Source: a virus (lineage: Duplodnaviria > Caudoviricetes). From it: DNA of 53,298 nt. Location of the stretch: IMG/VR virus record IMGVR_UViG_3300032291_003809, positions 1 to 53,298 of that record. One strand, 5' to 3'. Of this stretch, positions 17,001 through 26,699 are shown piece by piece. The notes beneath the pieces are model-generated. The model did not search any database. It was given only the letters and a program-made list of their open reading frames with translations, and was not told where the DNA came from. A program made the position numbers and the translations under genes. Numbering within the stretch: the first letter of the stretch is position 1; the number at the start of each line of letters is the position of its first letter.

Positions 17001-18381
17001 TTCTAGTGGAACTTCAGGTCAAGATGCAACTGCGGGTACAAGTGGCTCTAGCGGTACATCAGGAACTGCGGGTACAAATGGTACAGCAGGTACTTCAGGT
17101 TCTTCAGGTACAAATGGTACAAATGGCTCAAATGGAACTTCAGGTTCTAGTGGAACTGATGGTTCTAGCGGAACGGATGGTTCTTCAGGAACAAGTGGAG
17201 AAAATGGTTCTTCAGGAACTAGTGGTACTACAGGTACAACAGGAACTAGTGGTACTAATGGTACTGCGGGTACAACAGGAACTAGTGGTACTACAGGTAC
17301 ATCAGGAACAGATGGTTCTTCAGGAACGAGTGGTACAACAGGTACTGATGGCTCTAGTGGTACAAGTGGTCGTGATGCTACTTCAGGTACAAATGGTTCA
17401 TCAGGAACTAGCGGTACAACAGGTACATCAGGTTCAGCAGGTACTGCGGGTGTGTCAGGAGATAGATATAAGTCAGCTTCAATTAGTTCATATACAATTG
17501 GTGGAGTAGGTTCTTCAGGAACAATAACAATAGGTACAGGATTGCAATGGACAACAGCACAATCTGTTTTAATTGCTTACGATGCTTCAAATTATGTTCT
17601 TGCTGAAGTAAATTCATACTCTTCAGGTACAGGTGTAATGACTTTTACAGTAGTTGACCCTATTGGTTCAGGTACTTATGATTCATGGCAAGTAAACTTG
17701 GCGGGTGCATCAGGAGGAGATGGTACTTCAGGTACATCGGGTTCTTCAGGTACATCAGCGAGTGCGGGTACTTCAGGTAGAGATGCAACTTCAGGTTCAT
17801 CAGGTACTAGCGGTACATCAGGAACTTCAGGTTCTAGCGGTACTTCAGGCACTAGTGGTACAAGTGGTAGCTCAGGTACAAGTGGTACATCAGGTACTGA
17901 TGGCTCTAGCGGTACTAGTGGTACATCTGCTTCAAGTGGAACTAGTGGAACAAGTGGCTCTTCAGGTACTGCAGGTACAACAGGTACTTCGGCAACTTCA
18001 GGTGCAACTTCATTGTTTGCAGGTACTTCAGGTACAACTGAAACATTACCTTTAGTTGAAGCTACTACTACGACTAGTACAACAACTACAACTACAACTG
18101 TATCTTCTACTACAAGTACTACAACGACTACAACAACTGTATTATTTGCAGGAAGTATTGATTATAGTAGTAGTGCTATAAATATTTGTACTACACCTGA
18201 TGGTTCTTTTTTAGTAACAGGTGATGCTACTACATTCTGTACTTGTACTACATTATCAGGTGCAGGTTTTGCAGGTCTTGCAGCAGGAACTTGGTATATT
18301 AAGTCAGGAACAGATTATGTATCAGTAACAACAAATGGTAGTAGCGTAGCAACTATCACAAGTGGTTGTACTGCATGTTAA
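14089..18381 (+). CDS. Giant Gly-Ser/Thr triplet (collagen-like) fibre protein with C1q/BclA-CTD-like domain, three repeated beta domains, Thr tract and Cys-rich tip
   Basis: (G-T-S/G-S-S)n tracts; C1q-like ITVANAGKYQIGYSAQI...WARING at ~14790-15280; GDRY...W.VNL.G domains at ~15490, ~16336, ~17458. Confidence 0.85.
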   Translation: MSSTFLGGDTFSFISGGSGGGSGTSGSAGTSGFSGTSGTSGTLGTSGISYGSSGTSGASGSSGTSGSTGLTGTAGTSGAAGSSGTSGNSTAGTAGTSGFSGVSGSSGSSGTSGAQGSSGTSGSSGNAGSSGTSGAAGATGSSGTSGNEGTSGTSGSSGSTGTSGSTGTSGSSGSSGTTGTDGSSGSSGSSGTSATSGANGTMGTSGVNGTSGINGTAGTSGAQGSAGTSGISGAAISNWYGSFSDSTNQTVDGANTPTIWTYNTTEISNGISIVTGLDGASKITVANAGKYQIGYSAQIDKSSGGNDQVSIWARINGVDEPRTNSIIELIGAAAESLPFVSYIFDLAAGDYVEFVFASADATVRLLASPATVTPADPYDSPAAPSVIIVASEIGVAVAGTSGTNGTSGTSGSSGSSATSGATGTSGTSGSAGTSASSGSSGTDGSNGSSGTAGTAGTSGSSGTAGLSGDRYRTTSSSEFTLAGSGQITITVGTGLSYTVGQAVTIAYDISNIQFGDVVSYNSNTGVFVFNATTFTGSGTYNFWTVNLSGSAGGDGSSGTSGSSGTSASSGSSGTSATAGTSGSSGSSATSGTSATAGTSGIDGTSGTDGSSGTSGQDATAGTSGTNGTTGTSGSSGTSASSGSSGTTGTSGETGTSGTSGETGTSGTDGSSGTSGTTGTTGTSGSSGTTGTSGTDGSSGTTGTSGTSASSGTSGSSGTSGTSGSSGTNGSSGTSGSSGTTGTAGTAGISGDRYRTSSTTSVALGVGGSITVGTGLAYSIAQTFIMAYDDFNYQICNVLTYTSGSGFLTYTAPIDVVGSGTYDLWQVNLAGASGGDGTSGTNGSSGSSGTNGSSGTTGTSGSSGTDGSSASSGSSGTTGTSGQDATAGTSGSTGTSGTSGQDATAGTSGQDATAGTSGSSGTSGSSGTSGTNGTAGTSGSSGSSGTSGTSGTNGSSGTDGSSGTDGSSGTDGSSGTSGQDATAGTSGSSGTSGTAGTNGTAGTSGSSGTNGTNGSNGTSGSSGTDGSSGTDGSSGTSGENGSSGTSGTTGTTGTSGTNGTAGTTGTSGTTGTSGTDGSSGTSGTTGTDGSSGTSGRDATSGTNGSSGTSGTTGTSGSAGTAGVSGDRYKSASISSYTIGGVGSSGTITIGTGLQWTTAQSVLIAYDASNYVLAEVNSYSSGTGVMTFTVVDPIGSGTYDSWQVNLAGASGGDGTSGTSGSSGTSASAGTSGRDATSGSSGTSGTSGTSGSSGTSGTSGTSGSSGTSGTSGTDGSSGTSGTSASSGTSGTSGSSGTAGTTGTSATSGATSLFAGTSGTTETLPLVEATTTTSTTTTTTTVSSTTSTTTTTTTVLFAGSIDYSSSAINICTTPDGSFLVTGDATTFCTCTTLSGAGFAGLAAGTWYIKSGTDYVSVTTNGSSVATITSGCTAC

Positions 18382-18433
18382 AAAAGTTGTAAATTTGGTT
18401 ACTAAAAACTAACCATAAAATAATGAAAGAATT

Positions 18434-19678
18434 ATGCCGTATTCAAATATAACCTTTAATGTAAGCCAATTCTTGTCATTACAAGTTCACTCCTTTGTGA
18501 AAGTTAGTCATGATGCTAATAACTATATTTTAGGACAAGTTGTTACTTATAACCCCTCCACAGGGGTTTTAGTAATTACGCCTACTTCATCTGTGGGTAG
18601 TGGAACTTTTAATTCATGGACAGTTAGCTTAATTGGATATAGTGGCTCATCAGGAGCTAGTTCAAGCTCAGGGAATAGTACACAAGCAGGTACTAATGGT
18701 ACTGCGGGTACTGATGGCTCAAGTGCCTCTTCAGGTTCAACAGGTACTTCAGGTACTTCTGCAACAGCAGGTACTTCTGCTAGTTCAGGTTCCTCTGCAA
18801 CAGCAGGTACTTCAGCAACAGCAGGTACTGCGGGTTCAAGTGGTACTAGTGGTTCTAGTGGTACTTCTGCGACTTCAGGAGCTTCAGGCTCAAATGCAAC
18901 TTCAGGTACTGCAGGTACTTATGGTAGTTCTGCTCTTTCAGGAGCTAGTAATTCATCAGGTTCTTCAGGTACTTCAGGTTCATCAGGTGTAACAGGTCCA
19001 ACAGGTCCACAAGGTGCTACAGGTCTAACAGGCCCAACAGGAGGTTCAGGTTCATCAGGTACTTCAGGCTCAAGTGGTGCACAAGGTCCAAGAGGTCCAC
19101 AAGGTCCAACAGGTCCAACAGGACCTACAGGTATTCAACCCGCTTCAGCACCTACAGGAGCAACAGGTCCACAAGGTCCAACAGGTAGTTCTGCCAATTG
19201 GGGACAAGATTTGAATAGTGGTGGTTCAGGTGCAGTTTATGGTCCTCTAACAGGAAGCCAATATTTATTTACTTATGGTAGATATTATACAGCAGGAGAC
19301 CAAGGTAAGGGAATCACTAGTAATGTAGCTCCTGTTTGGCAAGGTTTTGGATTTGGATGGGCTAGTGATGCTGCTTTAGGAGGTACTTACTTTTATGGTA
19401 CATCTTTAAGAGAGACAAAAAAAGAAATTCAACCATTCACTAAATCAGCTATGGATATTATCAATAGAACTGAAATAGTGAGCTATAAGATGGATTCAGG
19501 GGTTCATGATGATACCACTTTAATTGGATTCGTTGCAGAAAATACTCCTGTAGAATTATCAACTGAAAAGCAAGATTCAATGGATAACACTAATACATTA
19601 GGTGTAATTTTAAAAGCAATACAAGAAATTGACGATAGAATAATAGCTTTACAAAATAAAAAAAATGCCATACGCTAA
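18434..19678 (+). CDS. Collagen-like fibre protein 1 with C-terminal S74-type intramolecular chaperone
   Basis: N-terminal beta domain, GTS then GPT/GPQ triplets, [10 protein letters not shown]...GFVAE...KAIQEI. Confidence 0.85.
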   Translation: MPYSNITFNVSQFLSLQVHSFVKVSHDANNYILGQVVTYNPSTGVLVITPTSSVGSGTFNSWTVSLIGYSGSSGASSSSGNSTQAGTNGTAGTDGSSASSGSTGTSGTSATAGTSASSGSSATAGTSATAGTAGSSGTSGSSGTSATSGASGSNATSGTAGTYGSSALSGASNSSGSSGTSGSSGVTGPTGPQGATGLTGPTGGSGSSGTSGSSGAQGPRGPQGPTGPTGPTGIQPASAPTGATGPQGPTGSSANWGQDLNSGGSGAVYGPLTGSQYLFTYGRYYTAGDQGKGITSNVAPVWQGFGFGWASDAALGGTYFYGTSLRETKKEIQPFTKSAMDIINRTEIVSYKMDSGVHDDTTLIGFVAENTPVELSTEKQDSMDNTNTLGVILKAIQEIDDRIIALQNKKNAIR

Positions 19679-20894
19679 TATAAATATAACCACAACAACA
19701 GGATTATCTTTTGTAGCAGGAGATAATGTGCAGTTAAGTTATGATGCTAATAACTATATTATTGGTGTAGTTGTTTCTTATGATTCATTAACGGGTGCAA
19801 TGACTTTAGCTCCAACAAAATCTGTTGGTAGCGGTACTTATAGTAATTGGATAGTTTCATTAACAGGATTAAGCGGTTCTAGTGGTACAAATGGTACTGC
19901 AGGTACTTCAGGTACATCAGCTACAGCAGGTACTTCAGGACTTTCATATACATCGGGTACTAGTGGTACTTCTGCTAGTTCAGGTTCTTCTGCAACTGCA
20001 GGTACAACAGGAACTTATGGTTCATCTGCAACTTCGGGTACATCGGGGGAATCAAGTTCTTCAGCAAATGATGCAACATCAGGTAGCTCAGGCTCTAGTG
20101 GTTCTAGTGGTTCTAGTGCTACAAGCGGTACTTCGGGACTTTCTGCCTTATCGGGCTCTACAGGTACATCAGGAACTTCTGCTTCAACAGGTTCTAGTGG
20201 TACAAGTGGCGGTAGCGGTGTAAGTGGCGTAAATGGTCCTACAGGTGCTACAGGCCCTCAAGGTCCACAAGGTGCGTTAGGTGGCAGAGGTAGTTCAGGT
20301 GTTAGTGGCGTAAACGGTCCTACAGGCCCTCAAGGTTTTCAAGGTGGAACAGGTCCTCAAGGTCCTCAAGGTCCTACAAGAGTTGGTCCTACAGGTCCTA
20401 CGGGTCCTACGGGAGCTCAAGGTCCTCAAACGGTTTACAATCAGGCTTTGAATACTAATAGTAATGTGTATTTTTATTTCCTACAAGGTAGTGGTCCTTT
20501 AGTTTCTCCAATATTTTATGTAGCAGATGGTGCACAATTTAATGCTTCATTTGACTATTTGCCACATGGATGGATTGGGGATTCTGCCAATTGGTACACT
20601 TATGGTGGTGTTGGAGCTGCGTATTTTTATGGAACTTCTACTAGAGAAGCAAAAAAGAATATTGAGACATTTACTAAGTCCGCTATAGATATTATTAAGC
20701 AAACAGAAATAGTTTCATTTAAGTATGATTTTGATGATTTGGAACAAAGTGAAATTCCTAAAATAGGATTTATTGCAGATGATACACCAACTGAGTTATC
20801 AGGTTCTAAACAAGATATGATGGAAATAAATTCAACTATAGCCATTGCAATAAAAGCAGTTCAAGAATTAGATGAAAAAATTATAAATTTGTAA
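19665..20894 (+). CDS. Collagen-like fibre protein 2 with S74-type chaperone
   Basis: Same architecture; [10 protein letters not shown]...GFIAD...KAVQEL. Confidence 0.85.
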   Translation: MPYANINITTTTGLSFVAGDNVQLSYDANNYIIGVVVSYDSLTGAMTLAPTKSVGSGTYSNWIVSLTGLSGSSGTNGTAGTSGTSATAGTSGLSYTSGTSGTSASSGSSATAGTTGTYGSSATSGTSGESSSSANDATSGSSGSSGSSGSSATSGTSGLSALSGSTGTSGTSASTGSSGTSGGSGVSGVNGPTGATGPQGPQGALGGRGSSGVSGVNGPTGPQGFQGGTGPQGPQGPTRVGPTGPTGPTGAQGPQTVYNQALNTNSNVYFYFLQGSGPLVSPIFYVADGAQFNASFDYLPHGWIGDSANWYTYGGVGAAYFYGTSTREAKKNIETFTKSAIDIIKQTEIVSFKYDFDDLEQSEIPKIGFIADDTPTELSGSKQDMMEINSTIAIAIKAVQELDEKIINL

Positions 20895-20909
20895 AATAAC
20901 AATATTACT

Positions 20910-21290
20910 ATGGCAATAACTTACACATGGCAAATAACTAAGCTTCAAGTCCAACCATCAAATAATGGACAACAAAATGTTTTATATAGAGTTCATTGGA
21001 GATTATGGGGTAAATTAGTAGATGAAACAGGAGAATATGAATCTCATATTGAAGATGTTACTACTTTAAGATTTAATCCTGATAATGGTTTTGTGCCTTT
21101 TGAAGATGTAATTCAAAATCATGAGCTTATTGTAAGTTGGGTTGAAGCAAGAGAAAATGAGAGACAAAGAAATATTGCTTGGAGAAAACAAAAAGTGGAT
21201 GAATTAGTTATGAAAAAGAAAAATCCTGATACGGTTGATTATCTTCCTAATGGAGACCAAATAATACCCCCACCAATAACATTGATTTAA
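20910..21290 (+). CDS. Fibre-associated small protein
   Basis: MAITYTWQITKL...VHWRL pattern typical of small proteins adjacent to phage fibre genes. Confidence 0.6.
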   Translation: MAITYTWQITKLQVQPSNNGQQNVLYRVHWRLWGKLVDETGEYESHIEDVTTLRFNPDNGFVPFEDVIQNHELIVSWVEARENERQRNIAWRKQKVDELVMKKKNPDTVDYLPNGDQIIPPPITLI

Positions 21291-21293
21291 AAA

Positions 21294-22517
21294 ATGGCTT
21301 ATTCTAATATAACACTTAATTGCAGTACTAACCTTTCATTTAGGGCAAATGATTTTGTGCAGGTTACTCACGATGAATTAAACTACTATGTAGGTAGAGT
21401 TGTATCTTATAATGCAGGTACAGGTGTTATGGTGTTAACCCCAACTCAAAGTGTAGGTAATGGAACATTTTCAGAATGGACAGTATCTTTAACGGGAGAA
21501 AATGGGACTAGTGGTACTTCAGGTACAAATGGAACTAGTGGTACAACAGGTGCTAACTCAACAAGTGGGACTTCAGGAACTAGTGGAAGTACAGGAACCT
21601 CAGGTACATCTGCTACAAGTGGTACTTCTGCTGTTTCAGGAACTAGTGGTACATCAGCAAGTGATGGCTCATCAGGAACATCAGGAACATCAGGAACTTC
21701 TGCTTCTAGTGGTACTTCAGGCACTAGTGGTTCTGCGGGTACAAGTGGTACATCAGGTTCTTCTGCGACATCGGGAACTTCTGCATTATCAGGTTCTAGT
21801 GGTACAAGTGGTAATGGTGGTGCTTCAGGTTCAAGCGGTTCTTCGGGCACTTCGGGTGGAACAGGTCCTCAAGGTCCAACAGGTCCTCAAGGAGCAACAG
21901 GTCCTGCAGGAAGTTCAGGTACATCGGGTTCTTCAGGTGTAAATGGTGGAACAGGCCCAATAGGTGCTACAGGTCCAACAGGTGCTCAAGGCCCTGCAGG
22001 TGCTGCAGTTACAGGTCCTCAAGGTCCAACAGGTCCTCAAGGTCCTGCTAATAGTAATAACCAAAACTTATCAGCAGGTCAGCCATTTACATTTAATATT
22101 TGTTCTTGGAATCAATTGTATTATGGTAGCCAATGTAATGCACAAAGTGGACAAGGTGCTAGAAGTAATAGTGGAATACAATTTATTACTCTTCCTAGTG
22201 TTTGGCAAAGTCCAAATGGAGGTATTGGTGCGGGAGGATTTTTCCCTACTTCAACTAGAGAATTAAAAACTGATATTACTCCTTTTACTAAATCAGGTTT
22301 AGATATACTTAATGCAACTACTATCGTTAGCTATGAATTTGATATTAATGGCATGGAAGGCGAAACAAAATATGGATTTATTGCAGAAGACACGCCTGAA
22401 GAAATTGCAGGTGTTACACATGATAGAATTATCATATCTTCAACTTTGGGTGTTATAATGAAAGCACTTCAAGAATTAGATGTAAAGCTAAAAGAAAAAG
22501 AAAAATTGTACTTATAA
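21294..22517 (+). CDS. Collagen-like fibre protein 3 with S74-type chaperone
   Basis: Same architecture; [10 protein letters not shown]...GFIAE...KALQEL. Confidence 0.85.
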   Translation: MAYSNITLNCSTNLSFRANDFVQVTHDELNYYVGRVVSYNAGTGVMVLTPTQSVGNGTFSEWTVSLTGENGTSGTSGTNGTSGTTGANSTSGTSGTSGSTGTSGTSATSGTSAVSGTSGTSASDGSSGTSGTSGTSASSGTSGTSGSAGTSGTSGSSATSGTSALSGSSGTSGNGGASGSSGSSGTSGGTGPQGPTGPQGATGPAGSSGTSGSSGVNGGTGPIGATGPTGAQGPAGAAVTGPQGPTGPQGPANSNNQNLSAGQPFTFNICSWNQLYYGSQCNAQSGQGARSNSGIQFITLPSVWQSPNGGIGAGGFFPTSTRELKTDITPFTKSGLDILNATTIVSYEFDINGMEGETKYGFIAEDTPEEIAGVTHDRIIISSTLGVIMKALQELDVKLKEKEKLYL

Positions 22518-22539
22518 ATTAATAAAACAAAAAATAACC

Positions 22540-23139
22540 ATGCAAATTCAACCAATTTTTGAGACCGAAGAATGTGATATGACAAATTATTACTTTTTTC
22601 AAAATGGGTTTAACCAACAAGAATTAGATAAAATTTTTAGTTCTATAAAAAATTTGCCAACAAATGATGGCTTGGTTTCAGGCGATGGAATACCTAATAA
22701 AGAAATAAGGTCTTCAACAATTAAATGGATTCCGAAGAATGATGGGTTCGGTTGGTTATATTTTAGTCTTATGGAATTTGCTGCCGAAGCTAATAAAAAC
22801 CTTTGGAATTTTAATTTATATTCAGTTATAGACAATATTCAATATACAGAATATCATGCAACTCAACAAGGTCATTATGGTTGGCATCAAGATGTAGGTG
22901 GAAGCTCTATGTCAAAAAGAAAACTTTCTATGGTTGTACAATTATCAGACCCAAGTGAATACGAAGGTGGTAATTTCCAAATATTTAAAGGGGGTAATCC
23001 TGAAAATGCAGAAATAGTTCCAAAAGACAAAGGATATGTATGTATTTTCCCATCTTATATGATGCACAGAGTTACTCCTGTTACAAGTGGAGTAAGAAAA
23101 TCTCTCGTTTTGTGGCTAGGAGGGGAACACTACAAATAA
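22540..23139 (+). CDS. 2OG-Fe(II) oxygenase, prolyl-4-hydroxylase/PKHD-like
   Basis: WHQD...RKLS...YEGG...FPSYMMHRVTPVTSGVRKSLVLW. Confidence 0.9.
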   Translation: MQIQPIFETEECDMTNYYFFQNGFNQQELDKIFSSIKNLPTNDGLVSGDGIPNKEIRSSTIKWIPKNDGFGWLYFSLMEFAAEANKNLWNFNLYSVIDNIQYTEYHATQQGHYGWHQDVGGSSMSKRKLSMVVQLSDPSEYEGGNFQIFKGGNPENAEIVPKDKGYVCIFPSYMMHRVTPVTSGVRKSLVLWLGGEHYK

Positions 23140-23766
23140 TTAATACACATCATTAATTTTTAAGTAGTTAGTCATATCATCAGCATATCCAATTTCTCCA
23201 ATCCAAAAAGAATTAAAAGCTAAACTTATCCTTGTTTTATCAGCTTCTACTTCAGGTACACCATGGTAAGTAGTAGATGGGAATAGTACGCAGTCTCCTG
23301 TCTTTACAGGTACATGATACAGATTACTATTAAAAGGATTTGATACTTCTGTATGAATATGCCATGGTTTTAAACTTGCATCTTGAAACTGAATTTGGTC
23401 CTTAAATTCACTTGCTTGAATATAGATAACCCCGCTTACTATACTATTAGGATGATAATGTAAATGATGATGACCTGATTTGTCAGTATAGTTTAACCAT
23501 GATTGAGTAATTCTTAATTTTACTGAATTTTCATAAGCGGGAGTTATTACTTTTTCAACCCATAAATCTAAACATTCTTGTGCAAATGCTTTTATTTCAC
23601 TAAAAGCAGGGTTTTCTATAACTCTTCTATTATTTGAGCTACTATTAGCAACGCTACTAGCTTTTTCTTCAGCTAATACTATGTCTAATTCTTCCTGTGT
23701 AAAATCTCTATGAAATTTTGCTTTTAAAATTGGAGTAGGGAATAATGAATGGATAATGTGTTGCAT
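23140..23766 (-). CDS. 2OG-Fe(II) oxygenase (TIGR02466-like)
   Basis: LFPTP...SWLN...HYHPNSIVSGVIY...FPSTTYHGV...RISLAFN. Confidence 0.9.
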   Translation of the reverse strand: MQHIIHSLFPTPILKAKFHRDFTQEELDIVLAEEKASSVANSSSNNRRVIENPAFSEIKAFAQECLDLWVEKVITPAYENSVKLRITQSWLNYTDKSGHHHLHYHPNSIVSGVIYIQASEFKDQIQFQDASLKPWHIHTEVSNPFNSNLYHVPVKTGDCVLFPSTTYHGVPEVEADKTRISLAFNSFWIGEIGYADDMTNYLKINDVY

Positions 23767-23767
23767 A

Positions 23768-24430
23768 TTATAATGGTTTGTTTTCTTTTTGGCTAGGTAA
23801 ATCTATTTTTACAAAATTAATTCCTTTTAATGGACCTTCAATAAATCCTATGTTTCCTGAGTAAAATGAATTAAAAGCTAAACTTAATCTATTTTCATCT
23901 TCAATCAAAGGAACGCTATGGGTTAAATTTGACGGAAATATTACAATATCCCCTGTACCTACAGATAGTTCAAATGTGTTACTGCTAAATATATTCTTTT
24001 GATTATTTGTTTGAATTTGCCAATTTTCTCCTGAATCCATTTTAGTAAATACAATCTTATCCTTTTCTTTATTAGCATTTACATATAAAACCCCACACAA
24101 TATACTATTATGATGAGTATGTGGTGGGTGGTATTGTTCTTTTTTTGTAAAATTAAGCCAAGAATGAGTAATTTTCAATTTTATGTCATTTGGGTTTATT
24201 GGCTTGTTTATTTCTAATAAATAGTTATTCAAAGCTCTTTCACATATATTCTTTAATTCAATCAATGGTTCGTTATCAAGAATATAAATATCTAAAGTAT
24301 TTGGATAAGTATATCTCAATTTATCTTTAAAAGACATAAAACAGTTCATTTCATCTTCTGTAAAATATCTTTCCATCTTATTCATAGTTACTACCGTAGG
24401 AAATATTGGTAGCATTAATCCTTTTTCCAT
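23768..24430 (-). CDS. 2OG-Fe(II) oxygenase (TIGR02466-like)
   Basis: SWLN...HTHHNS...FPSNLTHSV...RLSLAFN. Confidence 0.9.
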   Translation of the reverse strand: MEKGLMLPIFPTVVTMNKMERYFTEDEMNCFMSFKDKLRYTYPNTLDIYILDNEPLIELKNICERALNNYLLEINKPINPNDIKLKITHSWLNFTKKEQYHPPHTHHNSILCGVLYVNANKEKDKIVFTKMDSGENWQIQTNNQKNIFSSNTFELSVGTGDIVIFPSNLTHSVPLIEDENRLSLAFNSFYSGNIGFIEGPLKGINFVKIDLPSQKENKPL

Positions 24431-24433
24431 AAA

Positions 24434-25078
24434 TTATTTTTGATTTTTTAAATCTAATTTTAAATAATTAATTCCACTCATATCTCCATTTACAAATCCT
24501 AATTCTCCTGAAAAAAATGAATTAAAAGCTAAACTGACTCTTGTATAATCATGGTTTGTTTTAGGAACGCTATGAATTAAATTAGATGGAAATAATACTA
24601 AATCTCCTGTGTGTACAGGAACGGTAAATTCATTTGAATTAAAGGCTGTATATTCACTAGATTGTATTATAAAATTATCTCCTGTAGCCCTTTTTGAGAA
24701 TACAATACAATCAGATTCTCTATTTGCATTTATATACAAGCATCCACTAATAAAGCTATTATGATGGTTGTGTTTATGATGATATTGATTTTTATTTGTA
24801 TAATTAAGCCATGATATTGTGGGAACTAATTTTAAGTCATTTATTGGTTCGTAAACTTGTTGTAAATAGTCATTTAGTGCTTCACTAACCAATTGTTTGA
24901 TATTAGATAATTTTTCGTTTTCTAATACAAATACATCATTAGTAGTTATGTTACCTGTGTTTTTACGAACATCATTTTTATAATCTAAAATACAATCCAT
25001 TTCCTCTTTAGTAAAATCCCTGCCAATATTATTTAAAAGAATAGAAGTTGGAAACATCGGTACAATTTCGCCTTTCAT
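24434..25078 (-). CDS. 2OG-Fe(II) oxygenase (TIGR02466-like)
   Basis: SWLN...HNHHNS...FPSNLIHSV...RVSLAFN. Confidence 0.9.
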   Translation of the reverse strand: MKGEIVPMFPTSILLNNIGRDFTKEEMDCILDYKNDVRKNTGNITTNDVFVLENEKLSNIKQLVSEALNDYLQQVYEPINDLKLVPTISWLNYTNKNQYHHKHNHHNSFISGCLYINANRESDCIVFSKRATGDNFIIQSSEYTAFNSNEFTVPVHTGDLVLFPSNLIHSVPKTNHDYTRVSLAFNSFFSGELGFVNGDMSGINYLKLDLKNQK

Positions 25079-25081
25079 ATA

Positions 25082-26158
25082 TTATTTATTTTCCTTTATT
25101 AAATTAATTACCTTTTCAGCACTTATTGACTTATGACACTCAAATTGTCTTGGCGTATCTTCATGCTCAGGGCACCAATTCCAATCCCCCTTATTAAATC
25201 TAAATAAAGGATTATGCCAACATCCATGGCAAACAGACTCATTTGTAATTCTAATTGTGTTTTTACTAAATTCATGGTCAGCATTGGTAAAATTAGCTAT
25301 CATATAGACCTTTTTACGCATAGCCCACGATAACCACCCAAGTCCACTTGAAAGCCCAATAAAGAACTCCGAATGATGAATTACATTCATTGTATTTTCC
25401 ATTGACCTATCTTCTAACATTTCAATGTTATTTAATCCTTCAGTATCTTGATTTGAAATTTCAATTACTTTATAGCCTTCAGAAACCAACCAATCAACTA
25501 ATTCCTGCCAATAGTACCAATATTTAAGCTGTGCTGTGGAGTGTATTGAAATACATACATATTTTTGTTCGTATGGCCTTAATTTTGGAGTAAAATCCAA
25601 ATTAGGTATTATTTCTTCGTATAGCAAGTTAAGTATATTGGTAGCAGCTTTTTGTAAAGGAATTAAAATAGGATTTACAGGTTCTTTGCTTTTTTCCCAA
25701 AACCAACCTAATTCAAACATAGCTACTATATTGTTAACAACTTCGCCTCTACCTACAAATTCTAATTCAGGGTATTGATGTTCAAACAAGAAGTTTTTAA
25801 ATGTAGATACTATTACTTTACATTGGTAATGCTTTGCAAATTCAGCACAATAAGGCATCCAAGCTAATGTGTCTCCCAAAGCTTTACTTTCAAAAGATAT
25901 AAATACTCTTTTACCCTTTAACTCATCTAAAAAATTTATTTGTTTTAAAGTTCTTCCTTCATATTTGATTATTACAGCAATGTCAGAAAGGTATTTTCTA
26001 TCTAGTCTAGCCCATGAGCCTACTTTTAGTTTGGTTTCATATATTGTTTTAGACTCGGATTTATCAAAAAAGGAAATATCATATTCCCTATTCTTGCCTT
26101 CATCGCCTAAAATTTCAAAATATAAACCATTTACATGGTGTATGTTGTAAGTAATCAT
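25082..26158 (-). CDS. Aah/TibC-like (autotransporter) protein O-heptosyltransferase
   Basis: ALGDTLAW, FFIGLSSGLGWLSWA, Fe-finger-like CHGCW...WCP...FECHKSI. Confidence 0.8.
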   Translation of the reverse strand: MITYNIHHVNGLYFEILGDEGKNREYDISFFDKSESKTIYETKLKVGSWARLDRKYLSDIAVIIKYEGRTLKQINFLDELKGKRVFISFESKALGDTLAWMPYCAEFAKHYQCKVIVSTFKNFLFEHQYPELEFVGRGEVVNNIVAMFELGWFWEKSKEPVNPILIPLQKAATNILNLLYEEIIPNLDFTPKLRPYEQKYVCISIHSTAQLKYWYYWQELVDWLVSEGYKVIEISNQDTEGLNNIEMLEDRSMENTMNVIHHSEFFIGLSSGLGWLSWAMRKKVYMIANFTNADHEFSKNTIRITNESVCHGCWHNPLFRFNKGDWNWCPEHEDTPRQFECHKSISAEKVINLIKENK

Positions 26159-26160
26159 AA

Positions 26161-26697
26161 TTAATATTCTGTGTTAAAAAAGAATGTTTGAAATAATCTA
26201 CCCGTTTCTAAGTCCCTACCAAAATAATCAAGTGAAGTATGATACAAGTCTCCTCTATATAAAATGAGCCTATTGTAAACATTTCCTATTCTGTCTACTA
26301 AATCCCATTTTGTCATATCATAATAGTCAGAAGCAAAAACAGATTTATCTTCAGATTTGTCTTTTTTTCTAAATAATCCCGTACCTGCTGATAATGGAGC
26401 ATCAGGTGTCAAATAACAAACTCCCGCCCAATCTGTCTCATCTTGATGCAACCATGACCTATTTTGAGCAGTTGTATATTGAAAAGCCCCTGTATAATCG
26501 TTACCCCAAAAAGTTATATTACCCGCTAAAGGTTGAATAACATTTTGTATTACTTTTTTAAGTCCGTCATCTAAAAATGATTTAGTCCTCAAATTTGGGA
26601 AATTGCCATTTACTGAAAATTCTTGAGTAAGTGCAAATTTTCTAACTTCATCTACATTAGTATAAAAATCAGATATAATAATTGATTCAATTCTCAT
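26161..26697 (-). CDS. 2OG-Fe(II) oxygenase-like (DUF6445-like)
   Basis: DFY.N.D.VR...WLHQD...WAGVCYL.PD...YNRLILY...H...RLFQTFF. Confidence 0.75.
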   Translation of the reverse strand: MRIESIIISDFYTNVDEVRKFALTQEFSVNGNFPNLRTKSFLDDGLKKVIQNVIQPLAGNITFWGNDYTGAFQYTTAQNRSWLHQDETDWAGVCYLTPDAPLSAGTGLFRKKDKSEDKSVFASDYYDMTKWDLVDRIGNVYNRLILYRGDLYHTSLDYFGRDLETGRLFQTFFFNTEY

Positions 26698-26699
26698 GA

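Noticed and set aside
14089-18060. DNA-level repeats that might be a CRISPR array or satellite
   Set aside because: Repeats are codon-periodic with synonymous variation and have no constant repeat/unique spacer structure
14321-22266. Long alternative-frame ORFs rich in V/L/Q (plus strand) or E/P/V (minus strand) inside the fibre genes
   Set aside because: Shadow frames of GGT-ACT-TCA type codon repeats, which lack stops; no independent start signals
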